In this document: positions 48,944 to 58,047 of the stretch, one piece after another
How the letters are laid out: every line of letters begins with the position of its first letter
Numbering within the stretch: the stretch's first letter is position 1
NCBI GenBank assembly: GCA_965217865.1
Contig: CBDCJO010000002.1
Coordinates: 1,120,001-1,184,000, forward strand
Direction: 5' to 3'
Length of the DNA: 64,000 bases
Source: Candidatus Latescibacterota bacterium
GTDB lineage: Bacteria > Latescibacterota > UBA2968 > SICM01
Position numbers and translations under genes: made by a program
Notes under the pieces: generated by a model
What the model saw: only the letters and a program-made list of their open reading frames with translations
Told to the model about the DNA's origin: nothing
Databases searched by the model: none

Positions 48944-51370
48944 TCAGTCCGCCACCTCCGCGAGGGGCTTTGAAGGCCGACTTCGCATTCCGAAGTTCTC
49001 AACGATCTGAAGCGCGGCCGGAAACAGGACCAGGGCGGTGACCAGTGTGGCACCCAAACCCAGGAGGGCGACCCCACCCAGCGATTTTAGACCGGGATGC
49101 CGGGCGAGAATCAGGTCTCCGAAACCGATCATGGTAGTGAACGATCCGATCGCCACCGCTTGACCCGTTGTCCGGACGACTTTGGCCAGATGCCCTGGGC
49201 CCTCCTCCAGGTACCGGTGGTAGAGATGTACCCCGCTGTCCAGACTCAGGCCGATGATACTCGGAAAAACCACCATGTTGAAGAGATTCATTTTTATCCC
49301 CAGAAGGGCCATTCCGCCTGACATCCAGAGGATGCCCACCAGGAGAGGTAAGAGGACCAGCAGTCCGGCACGAACCGATCGGAAGTCCAGAAGGACAATA
49401 ACGAAAACGACCAGGAGTGCGGCCAGAACAGCGATCTTGCTGTCTCGCATCATGACCAGCAGCACGTCTGCGAAGACAATCTGCCCGCTCGACCCGTGAT
49501 AGACCTTCCCGGAAGTCACTCCGATGTTTCGCACATCATCAGCGAAATTGATCGCGTTCCTTCCCTCGGACAAAGACACCTTGGGATATATAAACACAAA
49601 GTTTCCCACCTGTCCGTCCACCCCCGTGAAACTTCGGCGGATGTGGTAGGGGAGGTCCTCTATCTGAATCGGTTTCGCATCGAGAAGCTCTCGAAGGTCT
49701 TCCGCCTGCTCCTTCTGCTTTTCGTTGAGGAACTTCATGTTCTCTTCCCTGAGCAGGTGCTTGATATCCTGGAGGAGCAGATATTTCTCGTCCTGATCGG
49801 ACGGCAGGGCATAGTAGATGGTCCTCACGGTATCGATCGTGGCGGTCAGGGTGTCCGCTTCCATCCGTTGCCGCACCACCTGGACAACCTCATCCAGATC
49901 CTCCCGGGACTCGGCCAGGACGATCGCAGGCGACTGTGAGAGCGGAAAGATACTCGCCGTCCTCTGTTTGGCCCTCTCCGTCTCCGGCACATACGCCCGG
50001 AGTTGTTTAAAATCATATTCGAACTCCAGCCGGGGGAGAATGATCAGAGAACCCACCGTAACGGCCAGGCCGACGCTCACGCCCGTCCAGGCAAAAGGCA
50101 TCGGGCCGTCCCTCCCCTTCCCACTTCGATTCCGGTCTTTGCGCACGCCTCGGAGCAGACCCCATTTCTCTGAAACCACCAGAAAAGTGGGAAATACGGT
50201 CAGCATTGAAATCATACAGAGGAGATAACCCATCCCCATGATGAAACCAAACTCCGAAAACCCTTTGAAATCGGTAATCAACAGCGAGAAGAAGGCCGCT
50301 GAGGTTGTGGCCCCCGCGGTCAGCATCGCTTTCCCCGTACGGGATATGATAAGCTTCAGCGTTTCCTCCACGCCGGTTCCGGAACGTCGGCTCTCGTGGT
50401 ACCGATACAGGAGATGGACCCCGAACTCGATGCTCAGCCCGAACAGAACCACGAACAGGAAGGCGGTGATTACGTTGAGATTGCCGATGACACCGTATGT
50501 GATCCCAAAAGCCCAGATGAGCCCCATCAGGAGCGGGCCTCCCAAAAAAAACACCGTCATGGGCTCTCGAAAATAGATCGTCACAAGCAGGATCACTCCG
50601 ATGAGCCCATAGAGGAGGGTCCCGAGCACATCTTCGATTAGCGCATCATATTCATTAATACGGTTTTGGAACTGTCCCGCGTACTCCACAACCATCTCCC
50701 CATCGTAGAGCCCCGGGTCCACTCGTTCGATCAAACGCTGGACTTCCGCTCGGACTTTCCTCGCGAACCCCATGTTACTGGAGCTCCCGTTGGGATAAAT
50801 GTCCAGGGCAATCGTGCGTCCGTCTTCGCTCACAAAATATTCATCACCTTCAGTCTTGTCTTTATACTTCTCCTCGATGTCGGAAAAATCCAGGTCCTCA
50901 TCCTCCGCCTCATCATCATCGAATGAGATGTAGAAAGGTGAAAGCTTGATCTTCTCCTGTGAGATTCGCCTTTCAATCCGATCCCGAATCGTCTCCAGAT
51001 CTTCGAGGCCCAAGTATAGCAGGCTGTGCTTCCGGAAAAACTCCCGATCCACGCGATAATCCACGAAATAAACAAGAGGGTTTCGGATCAGCTCATCCGC
51101 CAGTGCGTCCACGAATGCCCTTGCCCTTTTGGGTTTATCGGAGGTGATGACGACACGAAGGTTCCCGACACCGCCGAGTTTTTCCTTGATTTCCTCAAGC
51201 GCCCTGACACTGGGATAGTCCTCCGGAAGAAGCGCCCCGAGGTTACTGTCGATCCTGAGCTTGGATACGAAATAACCCGCGAGCATCGTCACGAGCACGG
51301 CAACGAGGATCACGCCTAGGTGATGCCGGTAAAGGAAGACCGCGTGTCGTTCTGCGTATTTATGCCACAT
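48944..51370 (-). CDS. MMPL/RND family transporter
   Basis: Duplicated architecture with GLSIEFGVHLLYRY and GLSLDSGVHLYHRY; also TTSAAFFSL..DFKGFSEFG. Confidence 0.9.
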   Translation of the reverse strand: MWHKYAERHAVFLYRHHLGVILVAVLVTMLAGYFVSKLRIDSNLGALLPEDYPSVRALEEIKEKLGGVGNLRVVITSDKPKRARAFVDALADELIRNPLVYFVDYRVDREFFRKHSLLYLGLEDLETIRDRIERRISQEKIKLSPFYISFDDDEAEDEDLDFSDIEEKYKDKTEGDEYFVSEDGRTIALDIYPNGSSSNMGFARKVRAEVQRLIERVDPGLYDGEMVVEYAGQFQNRINEYDALIEDVLGTLLYGLIGVILLVTIYFREPMTVFFLGGPLLMGLIWAFGITYGVIGNLNVITAFLFVVLFGLSIEFGVHLLYRYHESRRSGTGVEETLKLIISRTGKAMLTAGATTSAAFFSLLITDFKGFSEFGFIMGMGYLLCMISMLTVFPTFLVVSEKWGLLRGVRKDRNRSGKGRDGPMPFAWTGVSVGLAVTVGSLIILPRLEFEYDFKQLRAYVPETERAKQRTASIFPLSQSPAIVLAESREDLDEVVQVVRQRMEADTLTATIDTVRTIYYALPSDQDEKYLLLQDIKHLLREENMKFLNEKQKEQAEDLRELLDAKPIQIEDLPYHIRRSFTGVDGQVGNFVFIYPKVSLSEGRNAINFADDVRNIGVTSGKVYHGSSGQIVFADVLLVMMRDSKIAVLAALLVVFVIVLLDFRSVRAGLLVLLPLLVGILWMSGGMALLGIKMNLFNMVVFPSIIGLSLDSGVHLYHRYLEEGPGHLAKVVRTTGQAVAIGSFTTMIGFGDLILARHPGLKSLGGVALLGLGATLVTALVLFPAALQIVENFGMRSRPSKPLAEVAD

Positions 51371-51398
51371 CGGAAATCACCCTTTGCCCCGTTTTATC

Positions 51399-52103
51399 CT
51401 ATGCCTCATTCGCATTTTCCTGCTTCCATTGTGAATCTTTTGAATCCTCACCCAGTCCCAGTTCCTCCAGATGGCGACTCACCCGCCACATGATAGCCCA
51501 ACAGACCAACAAAATGACGCCCCCCACGATGATTGTATTGGTCCAGTCGAAGGCATGACCCAGCAAGGCCTCCAGGTAGAAACGGGGGACACGGCCGATG
51601 AAGACCGCCAGCATATACCGCCACAGGGGGTAGCCGCTGGTCGGGCTTAAAACCCGGAAAGGGTAGAAGACAATAAAAGGGGTGAAAGAGGCGACAACCA
51701 GAGAGATGAAAGGGGCCTTCAGGAAATAGTGAACGCATCCCTGATAGATTCGGTGTTCCCTTGCGGATCCGACCCGTGTGCGATTGAAGAAGAAATTGAC
51801 CGCCTCATAATCCAGAAAACAGGCTATGAACATAGCCGCCCCGGAGGTCAATGCCACGGCCATGGGATCGGCCAGTTTTCCCGCAATCACAACCGCAGGC
51901 TCGTGAGGGAAAGGGATGATGGAGTGAGAAGGGATGGTGTAGATAAACAGAAAGATCAGGGGACGGGAAGCCGGAAAAAGGATGGCCATCGGTGCCCCAA
52001 CTGCACAGCAGAGGCCCATCACGGCCAGGAAAGTCTTCCATTTTTTATTCAGGCTCAGGGACATGAAAGGGTTCCTCGTGAGCGTCCGCAGAAGGGATGC
52101 CAT
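51399..52103 (-). CDS. DedA/VTT (SNARE-associated) domain membrane protein
   Basis: PFPHEPAVV, ASFTPF, YMLAVFIGRVPRF and hydrophobic segments. Confidence 0.7.
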   Translation of the reverse strand: MASLLRTLTRNPFMSLSLNKKWKTFLAVMGLCCAVGAPMAILFPASRPLIFLFIYTIPSHSIIPFPHEPAVVIAGKLADPMAVALTSGAAMFIACFLDYEAVNFFFNRTRVGSAREHRIYQGCVHYFLKAPFISLVVASFTPFIVFYPFRVLSPTSGYPLWRYMLAVFIGRVPRFYLEALLGHAFDWTNTIIVGGVILLVCWAIMWRVSRHLEELGLGEDSKDSQWKQENANEA

Positions 52104-52179
52104 CGATCGCGGCCGGGGGGGTCAGTGCTAAGCCGATCCTCCCTTGCGGATCGCTCCCAGTCCCAGGGCCTTTCCTTTA

Positions 52180-53625
52180 TTACCTTTCGGGAATCTGAAT
52201 GGTCACGAATCGGTTTCGATGTCCGCGTCTGACCAGGAAATGCACGGTATCGCCGGGCTTCAATCCCCCGATAAGCTCTCGGAATTGTTTCGTGCTCGAC
52301 ACTTTCACGCCTTTGACGGACTTGATCAGGTCCCGGGGCCGAAGCCCGGCTTCGGCCCCGGGGCTGCCCGGAACGACCTGCGTGATCACAACCCCGGTGT
52401 GTCCTCTGTAACCTAATTGTTCGGCCAATTCAGGCGCCAGTTCCTGCACCTCCATCCCCAGGCCTCGCGCGGTTGCCTGCCCGCGAAACCCTTCCTGTTC
52501 CTCCTCTTTCATGGACGCCATGGACTCACCCCGCTCCCCGAGAATCACGGTAATACGCAGCTCTTTCCCCCCGCGCAGGATCTTCAACGCCACGGGTTGT
52601 CCGGGCTTGAAATCTGCGATCGTATTGATGAGATGGTTGCGGTTTTTTATCTTCTTCTCACCCACCGCAAGGACCACGTCCTCCTCCATCACACCCGCTT
52701 TCTGCGAAGGACTATTCGCAATAACCTCGGTGACAATCGCCCCCTCCGAGGAATCGAGCCCCAGGCTGGACGCGATCTGATCCGTCACCTCGTCAATATA
52801 AACCCCCAGAAAGCCTCGCGTCACCTTCCCCGTGGCCACCAGACTCTCCATTACCTGGCGGGCAAGATTGATCGGGATGGCGAATCCGTAGCCCACATAA
52901 GCCCCCGTAGGACTCTCGATCGCCGAGTTGATCCCCACGACCTCCCCGTCCAGGTTGACCAGAGCCCCCCCTGAATTGCCGGGATTGATCGCGGCATCGG
53001 TCTGAATAAAATCGGTGAATGTCAGGTTCAATCCCTTCAGATCCCTTCCCATGGCGCTCACGATCCCCGCTGTGACCGTGTGCGTTAGACCAAAGGGATT
53101 CCCGATGGCCATGACCCATTCCCCGATTTGGAGTTTGTCCGAATTGCCCAAACGGGCGAAGGTAAGGTTGTCCGCTTCGATACGGACGACGGCAATGTCC
53201 GACTCAGGATCCTTGCCCACGACCTTCGCCGGAAACTTTCGGCCGTCGGCCAGGACCACCGTAATCGTCTCCGCCTTGTCCACGACGTGATTGTTCGTCA
53301 AAATGGTTCCTGCCCCGTCGACGATCACCCCGGACCCCAGGCCCGTCTGTTTTCTCGATTTAGGGGGCACGGGTGGATGACGGAAAAATTGTCTGAAAAA
53401 AGGGTCGTCAAGCGGATCAAATCCGCGAGCGGCCGTCACCGTTGACTCGGTCGTGATCGAAACGATGGTGGGATCGACCTGTCGGGCAACATCTGCGAAA
53501 GCCTTGCTCAACTCCTTGGCGTAGTCCTTTCCGGTCTGGGCATCCGCCGTCACCGGCCATATCAGGACGATCGACATCAACAGGAACACGAGAATTGCGC
53601 CTCTGCGGTAAAAAAAGGTCGGCAT
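52180..53625 (-). CDS. HtrA/DegP/DegQ serine protease with two PDZ domains
   Basis: Signal peptide, GLGSGVIV, LTNNHV, SDIAV, IQTDAAINPGNSGGAL. Confidence 0.96.
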   Translation of the reverse strand: MPTFFYRRGAILVFLLMSIVLIWPVTADAQTGKDYAKELSKAFADVARQVDPTIVSITTESTVTAARGFDPLDDPFFRQFFRHPPVPPKSRKQTGLGSGVIVDGAGTILTNNHVVDKAETITVVLADGRKFPAKVVGKDPESDIAVVRIEADNLTFARLGNSDKLQIGEWVMAIGNPFGLTHTVTAGIVSAMGRDLKGLNLTFTDFIQTDAAINPGNSGGALVNLDGEVVGINSAIESPTGAYVGYGFAIPINLARQVMESLVATGKVTRGFLGVYIDEVTDQIASSLGLDSSEGAIVTEVIANSPSQKAGVMEEDVVLAVGEKKIKNRNHLINTIADFKPGQPVALKILRGGKELRITVILGERGESMASMKEEEQEGFRGQATARGLGMEVQELAPELAEQLGYRGHTGVVITQVVPGSPGAEAGLRPRDLIKSVKGVKVSSTKQFRELIGGLKPGDTVHFLVRRGHRNRFVTIQIPER

Positions 53626-53734
53626 CTTGGATTCAGCACTCCTTTCAAGCTGAATATTTAAACGTTAACTGGAAACGGGTTTGGGTGACTCGATTAATAC
53701 CGTCGAGCATTCTGGCTGAGGCCTCAACCGCAGA

Positions 53735-53762
53735 TAAGACTCCCAATTCCCGCTAAGGTTCC
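53735..53762 (-). promoter_or_regulatory. SigmaE/ECF-type promoter upstream of the HtrA gene
   Basis: Minus strand GGAACC-N16-GTCTTA, 110 bp upstream of the protease ATG; htrA/degP is a classic RpoE target. Confidence 0.7.
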
Positions 53763-53958
53763 GCAGAAGCCCATTTCTTACGCCTTTGCTATATTAAGTC
53801 TAAATTTTTCAATATAGTATACTCTTTTGTCTGAGTCAAATAAAATCAAAAGGGGATTGTCCCATTCCGTGGAGCCGGCCAAAACGATATACAGAATACC
53901 CCTCATAAGTGCCCGTAACGCCTCCAATCGGTCTGAGCATGATGTCTTATTTCCACTC

Positions 53959-53986
53959 TTGACATTTTTTGAAAAAAGGTTATCGT
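53959..53986 (+). promoter_or_regulatory. Possible sigma70 promoter for the radical SAM genes
   Basis: TTGACA-N16-TATCGT, 108 bp upstream of the ATG at 54095. Confidence 0.45.
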
Positions 53987-54094
53987 ACAGACGTTCTGAT
54001 ACAATCGATAAATACCCTGATAATACAAGTCATACGCCCGGTTGCAGAACGGTGTGAGACTCCACTCCGAGCGTTTCATTTTTCGGGAGGTAAG

Positions 54095-55216
54095 ATGTCA
54101 AACGCAGACGGCCCTCAACCTGGACAGCCCGACTGGAAAATCATCGCACGGGATGGCCCCAGGACCGCTGCAGACTTGTCGGAACATTTCGACGTTGAAG
54201 AGGAGACGATAGACAGGGTTCGAGAAGAGTTCCCGATGTTCGTGAATACCTACTGGCTGAGTCAAATGAAGGAGAAGGGAGACATCTTCTGGAAGCAGGT
54301 AGTACCCGACGCTGCTGAACTCAACGATCCCATCGGAATACCGGATCCCCTGGACGAAGAAGGTGACAGTCCTGTCCCCAACCTCACCCATCGCTACCCC
54401 GACCGCGTCCTCCTCCTGGTCAACCACCAGTGCCCCATCTACTGCCGCTTCTGTACTCGCAAACGGAAGGTCGGTCAGCCCGAGTTTTTCTCGACGGCCC
54501 TCGTGGATCAAGGGATCGAATATATCCGAAACCATCCGGAAGTCAGGGACGTGATCGTCTCAGGGGGTGACCCCCTCATGCTTTCCGATCGTCGTATAGA
54601 ATACATCGCCCGGTCCCTTCGGTCCATCCCCCACCTTGAGATCATCCGATTCGGGAGTAAAGTCCCGTGTGCTCTCCCACAGCGGATCACCCCCGAACTC
54701 TGCGATATTCTGAAAAAGTACCATCCGGTTTTTATCAACACCCATTTCAATCATCCCGATGAGATCACGCCGGATTCAAAAAGGGCGTGCGAGCTTCTGG
54801 CTGATGCCGGCATTCCCGTCAGCAATCAGGCCGTCCTGCTTAAAGGGATCAATGACGACGCGGAAGTGATGAAGCGCCTCGTGCAGAAACTTTTGGCTAT
54901 CCGGGTTCGGCCCTATTATCTTTTTCAAGCTGACATCGTCACGGGGACGGAACACTTTAGAACCAGCGTTGAAAAGGGACTCGAAATTATCTCAGCCCTT
55001 CGAGGACACACCTCGGGGCTGGCCGTGCCCCATTATGTGATCGACGCCCCGGGGGGCGGGGGCAAAGTCCCGATCCTACCTGAAACCGTGGTGGGCTGGG
55101 AGGGGAATAACATCCTCCTCAAGAACTACGAAGGGAAGGTATTCGTATATCCGAACCCGAATGGGGATTCGGATGTCGAAACTGCTCGACAGGAAAGCTC
55201 ATTGTGCACGGGGTGA
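54095..55216 (+). CDS. KamA family radical SAM aminomutase (lysine 2,3-aminomutase-like)
   Basis: THRYPDRVL, CPIYCRFCTRKR, SGGDPL, THFNHP, IDAPGGGGKVP (PLP lysine); GGGAGG RBS. Confidence 0.93.
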   Translation: MSNADGPQPGQPDWKIIARDGPRTAADLSEHFDVEEETIDRVREEFPMFVNTYWLSQMKEKGDIFWKQVVPDAAELNDPIGIPDPLDEEGDSPVPNLTHRYPDRVLLLVNHQCPIYCRFCTRKRKVGQPEFFSTALVDQGIEYIRNHPEVRDVIVSGGDPLMLSDRRIEYIARSLRSIPHLEIIRFGSKVPCALPQRITPELCDILKKYHPVFINTHFNHPDEITPDSKRACELLADAGIPVSNQAVLLKGINDDAEVMKRLVQKLLAIRVRPYYLFQADIVTGTEHFRTSVEKGLEIISALRGHTSGLAVPHYVIDAPGGGGKVPILPETVVGWEGNNILLKNYEGKVFVYPNPNGDSDVETARQESSLCTG

Positions 55217-55219
55217 TCC

Positions 55220-56275
55220 ATGTCGGAAATGCTCACTCTGGAACAGACCCTGCGGCCGCGTACGCGGGAGGGGGAACTTTACGAAAGGCTCCCGGGGGAC
55301 AGCCTGCGCTGTTTCGCCTGCGGTCATCGATGCCTGATCCGGGAAGGACGACCCGGTATTTGCAAAGTCCGGTACAATGAAGGCGGCACGCTTTTCGTTC
55401 CCTGGGGTTATGTCGGCGGTATACAACTCGACCCCATCGAGAAGAAACCCTTTTTTCACGCCTTCCCCGGTGCATCCGCCCTCAGTTTCGGTATGTTGGG
55501 GTGCGACTTCCATTGCTCCTACTGTCAGAACTACGTTACCTCTCAAGCCCTCCGCGATCCGAGCGCCATTTCCCCTCCTCAGGATGTAACCCCCGAGAAA
55601 TTTGTGGCGACGGCCAAGCGTTATGGGGCCCGGGTCGTGACCAGCACCTACAACGAGCCCCTGATCACCAGCGAATGGGGAGGCGCCATCTTCAAGGAAG
55701 CGAAGCAGGCGGGCCTTGTCTGTTCCTACGTATCCAACGGCAATGCGACTCCGGAAGTCCTCGACTATATAAGGCCCTACGTCGATCTCTACAAAGTCGA
55801 CCTGAAGTCCTTCGACGACAAACACTACCGCAAGCTTGGCGGCACGTTGAAGAATGTGCTGGATAGCATCCAGATGCTGCAAGATCGGGGTTTCTGGCTG
55901 GAAATCGTGACCCTCATCATTCCCGGCTTCAACGACTCCGACTCCGAACTTCGGGAAATCGCCAGGTTCCTGGTTTCAATCTCAAACGACATCCCCTGGC
56001 ACGTCACCGCCTTTCACAAAGACTACAAGATGTTGGACCCCGACAACACGTCAGTTGAAACCCTCATGCGTGCGACAAGTATCGGCAGGAATGAAGGGTT
56101 GCGTTACGTTTACGCCGGCAACCTCCCGGGTATGGTCGGGGATAACGAGAATACCCGTTGTCCATCGTGCGATACCCTGTTGATCGAAAGATACGGTTTC
56201 CGGGTTCTCCAAAATCGGATCGAAAACGGAAGATGTTACAGCTGTGAAACACCGATTCCCGGTCGATGGGAGTGA
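55220..56275 (+). CDS. amrS: AmmeMemoRadiSam system radical SAM enzyme
   Basis: CFACGHRC, DPIEKKPFFH, GCDFHCSYCQN, TYNEP, IPWHVTAFH, YVYAGN, CPSC. Confidence 0.93.
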   Translation: MSEMLTLEQTLRPRTREGELYERLPGDSLRCFACGHRCLIREGRPGICKVRYNEGGTLFVPWGYVGGIQLDPIEKKPFFHAFPGASALSFGMLGCDFHCSYCQNYVTSQALRDPSAISPPQDVTPEKFVATAKRYGARVVTSTYNEPLITSEWGGAIFKEAKQAGLVCSYVSNGNATPEVLDYIRPYVDLYKVDLKSFDDKHYRKLGGTLKNVLDSIQMLQDRGFWLEIVTLIIPGFNDSDSELREIARFLVSISNDIPWHVTAFHKDYKMLDPDNTSVETLMRATSIGRNEGLRYVYAGNLPGMVGDNENTRCPSCDTLLIERYGFRVLQNRIENGRCYSCETPIPGRWE

Positions 56276-56303
56276 AACCCGGATCCATTCTTGAGGACGC
56301 CAT

Positions 56304-56579
56304 ATGACCACAACGGATAATCCGGAACTTCGCGATGCTCTGGCGGTTATGCTGAGGTTGATCGAAGATCGTTCATCTTTCGAGAGAAACGCGGAAAAAC
56401 ACTCCGAAAAACTCGGAGAACTGCTCCAGCGCGTTGAGAATTTGAAAGCGGAGCTTCCCGAAGACGCCCCGGAGATGCTTCGCCACTTTCTCGAGAAGAG
56501 GAGCTATACCAAGGCCTTCGAATTCTTGATGAACCAGATGACCCCGGAGGAACAGGCCGCCTGGAAGCCGGCCTGTTGA
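56304..56579 (+). CDS. Small helical hypothetical protein
   Basis: 91 aa ORF with a GAGGA RBS and LRHFLEKRSYTKAFEFL; lies between amrS and a terminator. Confidence 0.7.
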   Translation: MTTTDNPELRDALAVMLRLIEDRSSFERNAEKHSEKLGELLQRVENLKAELPEDAPEMLRHFLEKRSYTKAFEFLMNQMTPEEQAAWKPAC

Positions 56580-56605
56580 ATCCCGCGATCCACTTGCTAA
56601 AAACC

Positions 56606-56642
56606 AAAGGCCCTGACGCGCACGCACAGGGCCTTTTTGTTT
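56606..56642. terminator. Intrinsic terminator, probably bidirectional
   Basis: AAAGGCCCTG-loop-CAGGGCCTTT followed by TTGTTT, between convergent genes. Confidence 0.8.
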
Positions 56643-56666
56643 GTCCGAACTTCACAGTTGAAAGGA

Positions 56667-57809
56667 CTACGCCGCGAACACCACGACCTTCCGGGGATTG
56701 AAGGTCACGCTGGCAGGATCCCCGACCTTTGTCCGGGTGAGATCCTGACATGCCTCAACGACTTTGATCGAGGTGCCGTTGTCAAGCTTCAAGAAGAAAT
56801 GCTCTATATCCCCGAGGTACATAATGTCTTCCACCGTGCCTGAGATCTGGTTATCTCCGGGCTCTGAATTGCCAGATACCAGGTTGAGGGCCTCCGGGCG
56901 GATCGAACAGATCACCGAGTCCCCCTCCCGAAGGGCTTCGGGGCAACAGTTCGAGATGATCCTCCCGACCGAGGTCTCCACCTCAACTTCCATCCCGGAT
57001 GACTGAGACTTCGGCTCCGGGCTCCGGACTCCGGGCTCTGGTCCCTCACCCTCATGCTCTGGTTTTCCGATTTTCGAAATCCGCCCAGCGATGAAATTCG
57101 TCTCCCCGATAAAGCCCGCCACGAAACGGTTTTCGGGCATGTCGTATAAACCCCTCGGCTCTCCTATCTGAACCACCTTCCCCGCTTCTATAACAGCGAT
57201 TCGGTCCGCCATGGACAGAGCCTCTTTCTGATCGTGTGTCACATAGATCATCGTGATCCCGAGTTCGCAGTGAAGCTTCCTGATCTGTTCCCTCATCTCG
57301 AACCGAAGTTTGGCGTCAAGGTTGGACAAAGGTTCATCCAGCAGGACAGCATCCGGCTGAATCACCAGAGCTCGAGCCAGGGCAACCCGCTGCTGTTGTC
57401 CCCCGGAGAGCTGATTGGGCGAACGTTCGGCATACGCACCCATCTGGACCATCTCCAGGGCATCTCGAACCCGACGCTCGCGTTCAGAGGGGTGGATACC
57501 TCTCACGGTAAGGCCGTATTCGACGTTTTTATAAACGTCCATGTGCGGCCAGAGGGCATAGTTTTGAAAAACCATCCCTGTATTCCGCTTGTGAGGCGGG
57601 GTTTGACTCACATCCCGGTCGTTGAAAAGGATTCGACCACCGTCGGGAAGGAAGAACCCCGCGACCAGCCGAAGAAGGGTGGACTTCCCGCACCCGGAGG
57701 GACCGAGGACGAAAAAAAGCTCTCCCTTTTCGATCCGTAGAGAGATATCCCACACCGCTTTCACTTCCCCGAATCTCTTAGTCACCTTCTCAAGCGTTAC
57801 GCTGATCAA
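56667..57809 (-). CDS. ABC transporter ATP-binding protein (PotA/FbpC-like)
   Basis: GPSGCGKST, FQNYALWPH, LSGGQQQRVALARAL, LLDEPLSNLD, YVTHDQ and a TOBE-type C-terminus. Confidence 0.95.
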   Translation of the reverse strand: MISVTLEKVTKRFGEVKAVWDISLRIEKGELFFVLGPSGCGKSTLLRLVAGFFLPDGGRILFNDRDVSQTPPHKRNTGMVFQNYALWPHMDVYKNVEYGLTVRGIHPSERERRVRDALEMVQMGAYAERSPNQLSGGQQQRVALARALVIQPDAVLLDEPLSNLDAKLRFEMREQIRKLHCELGITMIYVTHDQKEALSMADRIAVIEAGKVVQIGEPRGLYDMPENRFVAGFIGETNFIAGRISKIGKPEHEGEGPEPGVRSPEPKSQSSGMEVEVETSVGRIISNCCPEALREGDSVICSIRPEALNLVSGNSEPGDNQISGTVEDIMYLGDIEHFFLKLDNGTSIKVVEACQDLTRTKVGDPASVTFNPRKVVVFAA

Positions 57810-57875
57810 TGGATTGACCTCTCGATCTTAGAGTCTTAATCCAACTTCTTCGCAAGATGCGTACATATATCTTGT

Positions 57876-57911
57876 AGAGGGGTGCCGAGCTTGCGAGGCG
57901 GGGTGAGGGAG
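57876..57911. repeat. REP-like element, inverted copy of 15165-15200
   Basis: 36-nt exact reverse-complement match. Confidence 0.85.
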
Positions 57912-58047
57912 GACGACGACATTCCAAAATATCATAGCCCCTCCCAGAAAATTTCTCCGCAAGGTGTTTCCATCTTTTTGATTTCAGCTGAGAGAAACAA
58001 AGGCTGCGTTAGGATTCGAGACCCGCACACCCCGACAGAGGGTCTAA

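Noticed and set aside
53969-54094. N-terminal extensions in the ORF track (here and at 2598-2888, 9303-9374, 20038-20091, 35431-35505)
   Set aside because: Downstream ATGs have better RBSs and match family starts; the extensions run into promoters, repeats or neighbouring genes.
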